Positions 36,043 through 49,299 of a DNA stretch of 64,000 nucleotides are shown piece after piece. This DNA comes from Octopus sinensis. Its lineage: Eukaryota. The stretch spans positions 8,556,001 through 8,620,000 of the forward strand of contig NC_043012.1 in NCBI RefSeq assembly GCF_006345805.1. The letters are read 5' to 3'. The first letter of the stretch is position 1. The number at the start of each line of letters is the position of its first letter. The notes under the pieces are model-generated. The model did no database searches. It saw nothing but the letters and a program-made list of their open reading frames with translations, and was not told where the DNA came from. The translations under genes and the position numbers were made by a program.

Positions 36043-36162
36043 GGAAACGGTAGTGCTTTAGAACACCTGTTGTATGTGTGGGACAACTTTGTGGTGGCAG
36101 CGAAAGCGAAACATATTGCTTTCGTCTGTCACAGTTACGGTGGAGTGGCAACTGCCAAACTG
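36043..36162 (+). CDS. FAM172A: FAM172A exon 8 (nucleophile elbow HSYGG)
   Basis: GNGSALEHLLYVWDNFVVAAKAKHIAFVCHSYGGVATAKL; cag|..|gtgagt. Confidence 0.97.
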
Positions 36163-37323
36163 GTGAGTAATTGTAACTTCTATATTATTATTATTATTAT
36201 TATTAAATGGTGAGCTGTCAATCATTAACATGTTGGGCAAAATGTTTAGCAGTATTTCGTCCATCTTTACATTTGAAACTATTATTATTATGTCAAGAGC
36301 AGTGCATGCCGTCAAAGAGACCCTGGGATAAAATAATAGAAGCCCAGTATACCCATCATGACTACCCATCTGATAAGGGTACAGAAAGTACATGCATCAC
36401 AACCATATGTGTGCAACATGGTGATCTCATATCAAGATAAACAGCACATGACCTTGCAGGTGGGGCCCAGTTAGAATTTTCTGCAGGTTGTGTAGCTTAT
36501 CCTGCTCAAAAAGGTTCCTGAATAAGGGTTATTTAAAGATGTTGAACGAAACACTCCTGTTTCTAGAGGTAAATTATTCAAACCCCAAAGAATTCCTCTC
36601 AACACATGGCTATGATGCTCCCTCACTATTTCTGCTTGTGATCAAAGTGCTTTGGGGTCAGCTTGCTACACTCACTCACAATATATGAGATCGTTTCGTT
36701 TTTGCTTCCACACATCCTACAAAGGGGCGATTCACTGTTATTGTTGTTGTTAAATTGGAAAGCAATATTTAACACTGTAAGTGCAAAGTTCAGAAGGTTT
36801 GTCTTTGCCTGTCAGCCTAAAAGATGCATTAAATTAGAAAATAATCAAGTTCTAATCAAATATACCACTAAAATGTGTGACTTTATGCCTATATCATAGA
36901 TGGTTATTATTGCATTATGAGGGCAGTGAGCTGGCAGAATCATTAGCATACCGGGCGAATGTGCTTAGCAGCATTTTGTCTGCCAGTATGTTCTGAGTTC
37001 AAATTCCACCGAGGTCAACTTTGCCTTTCTTCCTTTTGGGGTTGATAAATTAAGTACCAGTGAAACATGGGGTCAATGTAATCAACTAGTCCCTTCCCCC
37101 AAAATTTCAGGCCTTGTGCCTATAGTAAAAAGGGTTATTATTGCATTATAAATGTACCTCACACAATCTTCTACATGATACACCAACATGTCTTACACAC
37201 ACCACATGTAGCCTTCTCTCTTCATGTCCATGTTTCACTCCCATACAATACACATTCCTTCTGCTGTCTCCAACAGGCTTAACAGTCAGCATCTCCTTCC
37301 ATTACCAAACATGGTATCTTAGT

Positions 37324-37610
37324 CCAGTGGTTCTCAACTGGGATTCATCATGTAAGATTTTTGGGAGTCCGTGCAACAAAATAGTAAATTGGGGATCCAA
37401 AATAGCTGTTTAAGAGCCCATGAAAAAATGTTGCTTTTAGATGTATGTCTTGAAAGAAACAGCTGGGTTTCTTCCTCTTATGTTTTACATAGTTCGGCCG
37501 ACACAAAGTTACTGTGTGAAAGACAAAATAGTAAATTTTTAGACATTGAATGGCTTTGAGGGGTCCATTAGAATAAAAGTAATGAAAGGGGGTCATAGAT
37601 AAAAAAACAA
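37324..37610. mobile_element. hAT-type MITE remnant
   Basis: cagtggttctcaactggg terminus; a similar end at ~7440. Confidence 0.45.
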
Positions 37611-37991
37611 TCCCTGTCTTAGTCCTTTTGAAATGCCCTCCTTTCAGGTATTCTCAAACTCCACACTGCTGATTTCCTGTGCAAAATCAGGATAACTGTG
37701 GCCCATCTGAGAAATGAGCCCTGCTAATTGTTGTGGTTGCTGCAGTGAATGTCATTAGCAATTCCCCATTGCAATCATTTTCATGAGGCGTGGCTAAACA
37801 TGCCATTTGGTCTGGGGTGTATGACCCCTGCCTTACTCCCTCCCCACCATCTGCTGGTGCGTAATCCACCTTCTCCACTTTCCTTTTTCTTTGTTTCCTT
37901 GGTTAGATATTTACAGGGCTTTTTTGTTTTCCCTCGATAATTTGGTCTTATTTGTTTTAATATTTTTTTCTTTCTTTTCTTCATGTAAAAA

Positions 37992-38556
37992 TCTTTATAT
38001 ATAAAAGTGAGGTTGTGTGCTGTCTGTCTCCTATGATTTAGATTCCTAACTACTCCCACATTTTGCGGTGCAGTTTAACCAAAACTGGGTGTCTTATAGT
38101 CGTGATTCATATCGAGCCCTTCTGGATTGTTGTTATAAGGGTTATTTAAAGATGTTGAACGAAACACTCATGTTTCTAGAGGTAAATTATTCAAACCCCA
38201 AAGAATTCCTCTCAACACATGGCTATGATGCTCCCTCACTATTTCTGCTCGTGATCAAAGTGCTTTGGGGCCAGCTTGCTACACTCACTCACAATATATG
38301 AGATCGTTTCGTTTTTGCTTCCACACATCCTACAAAGGGGCGATGAGTCTACGATTTTAAAAAAATTTACCATCATTTTTTCGCTATTATATAAGGGAAG
38401 TAACTCTCTAAAAATGTCTACTATGAGTCAACGATTTAAATAAAAAATTTACCATCATTTTTTTCCATTTTTTTGCTATGTTTTGGCTATAACTCTAAAA
38501 ATGCTTGTATAGTTATTTCCCTTACAAACCTGAGCAACACCGGGCGATACTGCTTG
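37992..38556 (+). mobile_element. Non-autonomous Helitron (copy of 1938) carrying a 219-bp foreign patch
   Basis: A|TC start, hairpin, CTTG|T end; 38135-38344 copies 36522-36731. Confidence 0.85.
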
Positions 38557-38868
38557 TATATTAATAAGAATAAAGTCCATTGCAAACAACAAAAATAAAT
38601 GATTCCATATTCATTCAATTGAAAAGAAAAAATCAATTCCAATCAATTTTTTTGTATTGCATATTTTCATTTTCCTTCAGGTACCACTGCAATTATGCAT
38701 TCTTTACTTGTATTGTTGCACATACAATATTGCATCAATGACATCATATCTACATATTGCATGTGTTTTAACTGTTGAAGGGAGGAGTGGTGATGATGAT
38801 GACGAGGGTAGTGGGGTGGTGGTCGATGTCCCTTCAGTGTTGTTCAAGATCCTTTTCTGTCATTTCAG

Positions 38869-38976
38869 GCCAACAAGAGAAGGGATTTCTTATCAAGGAT
38901 TTCTGCCGTGGCTTTTACCGATTCCATGCCTGACAATTATATCAATGATGCTGATATTAAAGAATTCTTCAAAAAG
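38869..38976 (+). CDS. FAM172A: FAM172A exon 9
   Basis: ANKRRDFLSRISAVAFTDSMPDNYINDADIKEFFKK (human VTAVALTDSVH); donor aag|gttctc. Confidence 0.9.
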
Positions 38977-39054
38977 GTTCTCTCTATGAGTCTTCCTATA
39001 ATACATGTGTGTGTGTGTGCATATATATATATATATACATCAAAATGTATATCA

Positions 39055-39372
39055 AATGGAAATAGTAATCGTGATGCCAGTGGCATGTAAAAAGCACCAT
39101 CCGAACGTGGCTGATGCCAGCGCCACCTTCACTGGCTTCTGTGCCGGTGGCACGTAAAAAGCACCAACCGATCGTGGCCGCTGCCAGCCTCCCCTGGCAA
39201 GTAAAAAGCACCCACTACACTCTCGGAGTGGTTGGCGTTAGGAAGGGCATCCAGCTGTAGAAACACTGCCAGATCAGACTGGAGCCTGGTGCAGCCCCTG
39301 GCTTCCCAGACCCCGGTCGAACCATCCAACCCGTGCTAGCACGGAAAATGGACGTTAAACGATGATGATGAT
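39055..39372 (+). mobile_element. Repeat family C copy
   Basis: VNTR plus tail. Confidence 0.8.
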
Positions 39373-40831
39373 ATATATATATATATATTATAATATGAGG
39401 AGGTGCTGTAAAGTTCCTGGCTGTAGGTAAAAGAAAATACAGGAGGATCAGTTATGATTTTATTCAAAATATTCCCCTCTTGGATTCACACACTTATTAC
39501 AGTGGTTGTTCAATTTTTCTAAGCCCTTCAAAAAAAAAAAAAAAAAAAAAATCTCAGAAGGTTCGATCTCCAACCAGGTATCCTTAAAGCCAGGAACTCT
39601 TCAGCCCCCCCCCCCCAATCTCTTTGTATCATACTTTTGTAATGCTTATTCATTCACACTGTTTGGAATTAATCATGCATTATATAGTAGCTTAAAGATT
39701 TCAATGATGTGATTGCTTATTTTTAGAACGGTGTTGTTAGGTAGGTGTGAGAGGCTGGATCTGGCCAGTTTGAACATAAAACAGAATATTTGAGCCAGAT
39801 ATGACTGGTTTTAAATTTGTAGAACCTTACAATCTAGACTAAAATTAATAAATATATATATATATGCATATATTATATATATATATCTGTGCCGGTGGCA
39901 TGTAAAAAGCACCCACTACACTCGCGGAGTGGTTGGCGTTAGGAAGGGCATCCAGCTGTAGAAACTCTGCCAGATCAGACTGGAGCCTGGTGCAGCCCCT
40001 GGCTTCCCAGACCCCGGTGGAACCGTCCAACCCGTGCTAGCGTGGAAAGCGGACGTTAAACGATGATGATGATGAAATAAATACATCTTATTTTAGGTAC
40101 AAGTGTGGCTGTGTAATCAAGAAGTATGTTTCCTAACCACATGGTTTAAGGTTCATTCCCACTGCAAGGCACCTTGAACAAGTGTCTTCTACTATAGCCA
40201 TGAGCTGACCAAAGCCTTGTGAGTGGAAACTGTAAGCTTGTTATAAACATATGTGTGTTTGTGTATTACTGTCTCCTTGTATTGACATCATGTGTTAGTT
40301 GTAGATGTGTATCACTGTCATACAGACTTCATCTCCAATCTTTCATGCAGATATGTCCTGCTCGAGGAAAATATTACCTTGCTTGGAAATATGAAGGTTG
40401 GTGACAGGAAGGGCATCCAGCTGTAGAAAATCTGCCTCAAACAAATACCATGGCTTGGATGAGATTTGTTAAAACAATGATAATGAATAAAAGCACAACA
40501 CGAATAGAACTGTTGTGTCTGGGGAGAGTCATTCTCTTTTAGTGTCTTATTATTTAACACACTCACCAGTAAAATTTCCACATATTTCTTATTTTTATTC
40601 TCTAAAATTTTCGTTCGATGTTGCAACCTTTTCAATAGTCTTTACTGGTGAGTGTGTTAAATAATAAGGCACTAAAAGAGAATGACTCTCCCCAGACACA
40701 ACAGAATATGCTTCAACACACGAACTCATATAAAGAATCTTGCAAACCAAATCCTAAAACGAAATACAAATAGAATTGTTTTTGTAAAAAATTTGATGTT
40801 AATTGTTGTCTGAATTTGTGTTTATTTGTAG

Positions 40832-40916
40832 AAAAGTCGCAATTGGGTCACCAGTAAAGAACCTATTGATACAGTGGTAAACTCCTTCAATGGGACAGTC
40901 CCTAAAGTATCAGCAG
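40832..40916 (+). CDS. FAM172A: FAM172A exon 10
   Basis: KSRNWVTSKEPIDTVVNSFNGTVPKVSA(G) (human NWVSSSEPLD..PRVSAG); 85 nt. Confidence 0.95.
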
Positions 40917-42116
40917 GTAAGATATTGACTTCTGTTTGTTCAGATAATACCACTTCTTTCTCTCTGTCTATAAGGTTACTGCTATGCCCATTTTCATATA
41001 TAAACCATTTTGTCAAAGGAAATCTGTGTGCATGTGTGGTTGCTTGAGCATCTAAGAAATAGCAGCCAGCCAAATCTACCTCAAATTCTGTCCAATTGTC
41101 TTGATCCTTCCATTACCAATATCTCTGTTGAAATACACTGACTTTTGTGGCAATTAATTTTGAAAATAACGAAGGATTTAGTAAAATAACCTTATTCTTA
41201 TTAAGCTGGTGTTTGGAGCATAAATTAGCATAAAATTTTGATGAAAGGCTTTCTCGTTAGCACGCCGGGCGAAATGCTCAGCAGTATTTCATCTGTCGCT
41301 ACGTTCTGAGTTCAAATTCCGCCGAGGTCAACTTTGCCTTTCATCCTTTCGGGGTCGATTAAATAAATACCAGTTACGCACTGGGGTTCGATATAATCGA
41401 CTTAATCAGTTTGTCCCTTCTGTGTTTAGCCCCTTGTGGGTAGTAAAGAAATAGGTTTTCACTCAGATCACTTTTAAAATAAAGTTTATATGATAGAACA
41501 AAGGTTAATCTCAGATAGGGTCAGGGTATTAAAAGGGTTAAGGCAGAGACTATATTAGGACAAGCTAATGATGAGGTTTGTGTGTGTATGGTTGCCTGCA
41601 TTTGCAAAAAATAGTAGCCAGATCTATCTCCCTACTGTCGTAAGAGAAGGCAGACACATTGGATAGTGGACTCTTTCCCTTGTTTCTTTCACTGGATTGC
41701 AGCCAAGCTGGAGCAGCACCTTGAAAATGTGCATTCAGTATCACCCCCCGTACTTAGGTATCTAATATTTATTGGTTTCTGTTAGTTCAGTTACTGAACA
41801 TAAAGAATACCATCTTGCAAGCAGTGTCAATATAAAGACAGAGGCAAAAATCATGCTACCATACACACCTAGCAATCAGTCTCTTATCATTGTTTCAGGA
41901 CAACTCAAACACACTTTGAAGAATTCTTTGTCAAGATTAAAAACATGTCTGGGACATTGTTAGTATCCATGAGCAGATGATGAATCGAGATCCAATTTAT
42001 GGCATCCAGCCATAGAAGTCATGAATGGAACAGACGTTATATGATGTATGTGTATACACACAGTGTATATCATTCTGTATAGCTTACTTAACATGGTTAT
42101 ACTGTAATTTGTTAAA

Positions 42117-42475
42117 GGCGTAGGAGTGGCTGTGTGGTAAGTAGCTTGCCTACGAACCACATGGTTCCGGGTTCAGTCCCACTGCGTGGCACCTTGGGCA
42201 AATGCCTTCTACTATAGCCTCGGGTCGACCAAAGCCTTGAGAGTGGATTTGGTAGACGGAAACTGAAAGAAGCCCGCCGTATATATGTATATGTTTGTGT
42301 TGCTTGACAACCGATGCTGGTGTGTTTACGTCCCCATAACTTAGTTCGACAAAAGAGACTAATAGAATAAGTACTAGGCTTACAAAGAATAGGTCCTGGG
42401 GTCGATTTGCTCGACTAAAGGCAGTGCTCCAGCATGGCCACAGTCAAATGACTGAAACAAGTATAAGATTAAAAG
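42117..42475 (+). mobile_element. Full-length SINE family B
   Basis: Matches 21427. Confidence 0.9.
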
Positions 42476-43003
42476 TACAGAAAAGCATCCTGTATATCTA
42501 ACCTAATGTGGACATGCTGCAGAAAGCTATAACAGCACAGTTTTCATCTTGGGGAAACATCTTATATAGACATACTGTGCTAAAAGCAGTGTATAGTATG
42601 TCTACTGTGTGCTGTAAGAAACACAATGCTATTTTCAACTAATACTACTTCTGCTACTAATGAATTTTGAAACCAGTCCAACAGCTTTTTGTGACACAAG
42701 TGATATGTTAATCACTATTTTTTTCTATAATAGTAGAAGCAAAATTTCTCTAAGCATGCTTTTGAATATGGATTCTTGCTACTGATGATGTGCAAAGAGA
42801 GAGAGAGAGAGAGATCCAGATTTAACAACCCCCACCATGCCTGCTGGTCACTTTTTGTCTGCTTTTTAGTACTGTTTGTCTAGACAAGATGCTTTCTCAA
42901 AACAAGTATTTCAGTTTTCTTATAGTATAACCACATTAAAATGCTATTCTGAACTAATATGGCTTCCAAAACCGGGAGAGGTGGAATTTATATATATATA
43001 TAT

Positions 43004-43392
43004 TCTCTTTACTCTTTTACTTGTTTCAGTCATTTGACTGTGGCCATGCTGGAGCACCACCTTTAGTCGAGTAAATCGACCCCAGGACTTATTCTCTGTA
43101 AGCCTAGTACTTATTTTATCGGTCTCTTTTGCCGAACCACTAAGTTACAGGGACGTAAACACACCAGCATTGGTTGTCAAGCGATGTTGGGAGGACAAAC
43201 GCAGACACACAAACATACATATATATATACACACGACGGGCTTCTTTCAGTTTCCATCTACCAAATCCACTCACAAGGCTTTGGTCGGCTCGAGGCTATA
43301 GTAGAAGACACTTGCCCAAGATGCCACACAGTTGGACTGAACCCGGGACCATGTGGTTGGTAAGCAAGCTACTTACCACACAGCCACTCCTA
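43004..43392 (-). mobile_element. Full-length SINE family B (inverted partner of 42117)
   Basis: Reverse complement, roughly 90% identical. Confidence 0.9.
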
Positions 43393-43536
43393 TATATTTT
43401 ATATAAAGGGGGTGGGGGTTAAGCTACAATCAATGCCAGGCTGTCTAATTCAGTGATTTGTTATGTCTTAATTTATTACCTTGTTTCTTGTTAGAAAACC
43501 TTTTTTTAAAAAATGCTTTGTTCCTTTCTTTAACAG

Positions 43537-43649
43537 GACATACAAAACATGAAATGACTTCCTGGACAAGTTTCCATTCAATATTTAAATACCTGAATGA
43601 AAAGATTCCAGATCCCAGTTCTAAAACTGAATCTAAAGCTGAACTTTAA
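43537..43649 (+). CDS. FAM172A: FAM172A exon 11 (last)
   Basis: HTKHEMTSWTSFHSIFKYLNEKIPDPSSKTESKAEL* (human RHELTSWKSFPSIFKF..KHEEL*). Confidence 0.97.
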
Positions 43650-45475
43650 TGATCTCTCCCCACCCCCCACTGCCATTTTTTTAACTACAACCCAATTCAG
43701 TGCCTATACATTACCAAGTTGGTTTAATTACATCCCCCACCTCATGTTAAAAAAAAAATTTTTTTTTTGTTATCTTCCATCAATGTTATAAAGCTCTGTT
43801 TTTCTTGAACTCTTCTACAATTTTGTCCAATGACTTGAGAAACACCAGGGAACCTCTGGAACCACAAAGTGTTGCTTAGAATATTACCTACATCACCTCC
43901 AAACAGTATCTTCTATTTCTCCCCTCCTTCGTAAAGGACCAGGCTACATGTGGTGTCCTTGAGCAGGGCACTTTTTTTCATGTTCTCAGCCAGGAGTACC
44001 AGCTGAGCACTGCTTTCTCTCTCTCTCTGCCCTTCCAACTACCACACCTTGAATGTACTGCTTGGTCACAGGGTGGGTGAGTCAGAACAACTGCGTCATT
44101 CTTACCAAAAAAAAAAAAAAAAGTAGGAACTGCTTAACCAAGCCATACTAGTTTGCAACTGATTCTTGGCTCCAACCTCTCTCTCCTCTCTTTTTCAACA
44201 AGGATTTTTTAATATCTTCATTCTAATCACAATGTCCTTTAAACAGTAAAAACCCTGCAACTTAATCTTGATTCTTTCTCAAAACAAATACCTTTGCAAA
44301 ATTCCATTTTTTAAAAGAATTCCTATCATTTAAAAAAATATTTCTCAACCTCATTTACTTTGTGGTACTTTAGAGATAAAACATTATTGGTGCACTTTGC
44401 ATGGAAAGTTTGAAGAAACTATTGCTTACCTTTGTTTTATTAAAATTATATTTGTATATAACAATTATTCATAATGTTAATGATACTCGTATAACTTTTA
44501 ATTTTTTTAATATGCCCAAATATAGATTTTCTAAATCTTGAATTAATTTTTAAAATTGCCATGAATCCAAACTCCCCCTCTTGCAATGCCAACCTAAATT
44601 TTGTTTGTAAATAAGAATTTATTACAGGAAAACTGTAACTCTTTAGCATTTAATCCAGCCATATCCAGCCCAAATATTCTAGCTGCTTTATGTTCAAACT
44701 GGGCAGATCCAGACTCTCACACCTACTCAACATTTATCATAAGCAGTAACATCACTGAAATCTACGAGATAATGCACGATTAATACAAAACAATGTGAAT
44801 AAATAAGCATTACATTTGACAGAATAATCTGAATGCTAAAGGGTTCAAATTACATTACTACCAAGAATTTTATTAAATGGAATGAAAATTACTGTTTTCT
44901 TTAAGAGCTATATCATAAAAAAAAAATTTTTAAGCTAAGACAATTTCTAAAATCTGATTTTCACACTCATAGAAGGCCTGCAACTAATCTCTGCAAGAGA
45001 GGCATCAATTTAGTTCACACAATATATAATAATAATAATAATAATAATAATGAAATTATTGTATACAGTGCTCAGGTGCACCACAACTTGTCAAAAGTGC
45101 ATATAAAGCATATGCAGTAATTATTGGTAGATCAATATAAAAATTAGATTAAAATAATAACACATATATATAACATCTATAATGTGTGTATGTATATATA
45201 TATATATATATAAATAAAGAACAATGGTGGCTGTAATATTTTGTCTCCGAGAAACATCTGTTGACTGTTTTGATACCACCTTACTTAAAATTGATTTCCT
45301 GCTTCCATTGCACAAATTTCCTGATCTAAATTAAAAACCTTCCATCAAAATGTTTCAAACATCAATTTAATTATGGACAATGGTATTTTGATAAATTCAT
45401 TTATCTGAAAGAAAAGCAGTGCATTTCAATAGAAATATAACAATAGATAAGAGACTTGACAACATTCTGAACAAG

Positions 45476-45854
45476 CTCTCTTTACTTGTTTCAGTCATTT
45501 GACTGCGGCCATGCTGGGGCACCACCTTTAGTCGAGCAACTCGACCCCGGGACTTATTCTTTTTGTTAGCCCAGTACTTATTCTATCAGTCTCTTTTTGC
45601 CAAACCGCTAAGTGACAGGGACGTAAACACACCAGCATCGGTTGTCAAGCAATGCTAGGGGGACAGACACACAAACACACACACATATATACGACAGGCT
45701 TCTTTCAGTTTCCGTCTACCAAATCCACTCACAAGGCATTGGTCGGCCTGGGGCTATAGCAGAAGACACTTGCCCAAGATGCCACGCAGTGGGACTGAAC
45801 CCGGAACCATGTGGTTGGTTAGCAAGCTACTTACCACACAGCCACTCCTGCGCC
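45476..45854 (-). mobile_element. Full-length SINE family B between the convergent gene ends
   Basis: Reverse complement of 21427. Confidence 0.9.
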
Positions 45855-47698
45855 TTGGTTTTCATTATACAACGTTTCTTAAAAGAAGCTTCACTATGAC
45901 AAAATATTTCAGCTAATTCTGTTCTACATTTGTATATATATATATATACATTCTACATGTTATATTACTGCTATCTTCTTTTTCTTCTATCTGGACTCAG
46001 TAAAATGAGCCCAGTAGAATTGAAACTCAGGTCCATGATTTGCTTTATCTTTCATAAGTAGTGGTTTTCAAGCCTTTCCTAATGAATAAAGAGAAATTGT
46101 TTCAACTATACAAATTATATTTTTTTCTTTTCCCATTAGCACATCTCTCTGGAGAGAGATTGACCTCTGAAGACAAAATTAAACAAAATTCATAATGAGT
46201 ATATAATGTTAATTTCAACCTAGAAGGGAGTAATTTCCTCAGGAATATCAAATAAATTAGTCAAGAAATTTTGAATAAAACAGGTTTATTTTACTTTTTA
46301 AAACAGAATTTCATTGTCTTTTGAAAAGAGTTGACTGGATATATTTGTCTCACTAAATGTTAGATGACAGATTAAATAGAAATCACTAATGAATGTGTTC
46401 TAATTAAAAAGATGGATGACAAGGATTTCACAGGTACTGATCAATATCCAGTATTCATTTTGTAGAAATTACAAAACAGTACACACCATCGCCAAAATGT
46501 TAGCTTCGTGTCCAAAACAAATTCAATTTCGCTGTTGAAATGGTGAATCCTTTAATGGCTCTAACTTAAAGCATGAAGAGCCAGACATTGAGATTAAACT
46601 CAAAGAATAGCTTTGAGTCTGGCGGTTTAGCTAATGCTTGAGATAAATAAACTAGCATACAACTATTTTAGTTATTGTATGAGCTCACCCTGTATATGTC
46701 TTACTTTAGGAGTTTGACATTTAAGTGTCCATAAACTACCTTGGTACTTGGCTGTTGCCTAGGTGTTGTTAAATAAGGGACAAGAGCCATTCCGAATAAA
46801 TACAGTTGATAACAAAATAATTTCCATCATCAAGATTATGTAGATTATCGTAAAATATAATATTACATATTGAAAATTAATATTCAAAATGACTTTTCAA
46901 TTAGAGGGTAAAGCATCTTTTCTTTTTTAATGTGAAATAGTGAGACAAAAAAAAGGTCTATTGGTTGTTTGTAGAAGGAATATTTTGTAACAAAAGGGAT
47001 CAATTCACACAATGGTCATTATATACATGTGTAAGTGTATAGACATATATACACACACACAATAGTGAAAGATATTTGAAGCAACAATAAATGAAAGATG
47101 TTACTGTCCAGATACTTAAGTCACAAGCAACTACAGTTGATGATGAGGCTTGGAGGGGGAGAAACGGAAAACTGACAGAAGATTAATTTATTTTAGAGAT
47201 GAACAAGTGCTGGCCCCAAAATAATTGGTGTTTAAAAAAAAAAATTTTTTTTTCAAAGATTGGGGTAAAATATATTTAATAATTTTGTCGTTAATAACTC
47301 GTGAAATTAGTTACAGCTTCCTGGTAACACTGACTATTGGTGATATTAAACCTTCCATAAAATAGTGACTCCCCTGCTCCACTTAGTTTATCAGTCTTGG
47401 TCAAAAGAGAGGGAGTGTCGTAAATTCAGCTGTTGATAGCTAAAAGCAGAATGTTGGTGTTGATGGTCAAAGAATCATAACAAAACAGGTATGTCAGCCG
47501 AGAAAACAAGGGTCTCATGCACACACACATGCACACACACACACACACAGTAATATTGTTCAATTCCAAATAAGTTATCAAAAATAAAATGTAAGTCTGG
47601 GAAAATTACAATTAATCTCTTAGAATATAGTTTATGGGGTGGTACATGATGCAAGCCACAGAACCAAACTCCTTCACAACACCAATCAAGACTCAATA

Positions 47699-47704
47699 TT
47701 TATT
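47699..47704 (-). terminator. Candidate poly(A) signal of the tetraspanin
   Basis: AATAAA on the minus strand ~260 nt after the stop, followed by a GU-rich tract. Confidence 0.45.
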
Positions 47705-47960
47705 GAGACAACAGGTCTGATAGGAATTTTCAATTTCAAACAAATAACTAGGGGAACAAAAAATTTTAAATAAAAATTGATTAAAGAAAAATGTTTAACA
47801 GAAAAAAAAAATAGAAAAAAAAACCTAACAAAAACTTAGCATGCAAGTTCGATTAAATAAAATTGTGTGAAATGTTTCGATTGAGTATATTCGACAGTGG
47901 GTGTTTTAGGGAAAAGCTATAGTTTGTGAACCATTGCAAAATGCTGACATAACTAAAGTG

Positions 47961-48065
47961 TTAGACTCTCAGACCATTAGCACTAACATTACTGTTGAGG
48001 TTTTTGTAAGCAATCACTCCACGGGTTCGACAGCAGAGAATACACGTTGCAATCAGTCCAATTAT
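47961..48065 (-). CDS. TSPAN3: Tetraspanin-3-like, last exon
   Basis: ttccag|IIGLIATCILCCRTRGVIAYKNLNSNVSANGLRV*; Y-x-x-L motif. Confidence 0.85.
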   Translation of the reverse strand: MIGLIATCILCCRTRGVIAYKNLNSNVSANGLRV

Positions 48066-48991
48066 CTGGAAGAAAAAGAATAAAAAATTTAGCAAGAAAA
48101 TAATCTTGTAAAAATATTAATAATTATCTTAGGGTAGCAAAGCTCATAGAATCATTATTACAGTGGGAAAAATTGCTGAGCAGCATTTTGTCTGTCTTTA
48201 TGCTGAGTGCAAATTCCGCCGAGGCTGACTTTGCCTTTCATCCTGTCAGGGATCACAAGAGACTAGATAAAATAAGTACCAGTCAAGCACTGGGGTCAAT
48301 GTAAATCAACTAGACTGCTCTCCTGAAATTGCTGGCCTTGTGCCAAAATTTGAAACCAATATTAAAAGACTATATCAAGGTGAGCTGGCAGAATCATTAG
48401 TACACTGGGAAAAATGCTTAGCAACAAGAAAACACAGCAATCTGTGAGTCCAGGGCTGTAGTGATGGGTGAATCTTTGGCTTATTACTGAAATGGTCTTT
48501 TGAAATACCATTTAACTAATATAGGGTCAAACACTAAATACAGATTTTAAAGTAACACCCTATCAATATAAACATTATCACACAGCTACAAGGTACTAAA
48601 TTTTAGGTATGACTAATATTTCCTTATTGCTACAAACAAGCCAGCATAACACAAGATAGATATAGTATCATAGTCTCTCCTGTTCTTTCACTATGGTGTT
48701 CTCTATGTTAACAGAGCAGAACATTAAGATAACCGAATACTTAAAACAGAAAAGTTTTTTTTAAAAATAACGTTTCTATAGTTGGTGCTATTTCTTTCCT
48801 TCTCAACCGACACCTAAGGTCTGCATCTAGTGAAACTCCTACCAAAACATCCTAAAGCCTAACCACTCTCACACACATAAAGGTGTGACTTACTGACTCC
48901 CTCTACCTCCAAAATTAAAACCCACCTAGATGTTAGGTGAAATAACTTTCAGTTAATCAAGTTTCAGTGTTTTAAAACGAAATAAACTTAC

Positions 48992-49075
48992 CTGAAGAAG
49001 AGCAAATGTGATTCCTGCTGAGGTTATGTAAGTCAAATTGTCGAGAAATTTCAGCTTCAAACGTTCGTAACAGCC
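48992..49075 (-). CDS. TSPAN3: Tetraspanin-3-like exon (EC2 end/TM4)
   Basis: GCYERLKLKFLDNLTYITSAGITFALLQ; ttacag|..|gtaagt; 84 nt. Confidence 0.9.
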
Positions 49076-49299
49076 CTGTAATGAGAAAGGGTGGAGAGCA
49101 CTTCAGTTGGGGAAGGGATCTTATTCTAACAGCAAAGACTAATATATATCATCATCATTTTTGATATTCACTTTTCCAATACAGCAGAGATTAACTCTTT
49201 TAGTTACCAAGACATGCACGAATATGGTGTAACTAGTCTAAAATCTGGGGTACACATACTTTACAGCATATTCCCATTTATTGTTTGTTTTTATCTCAA

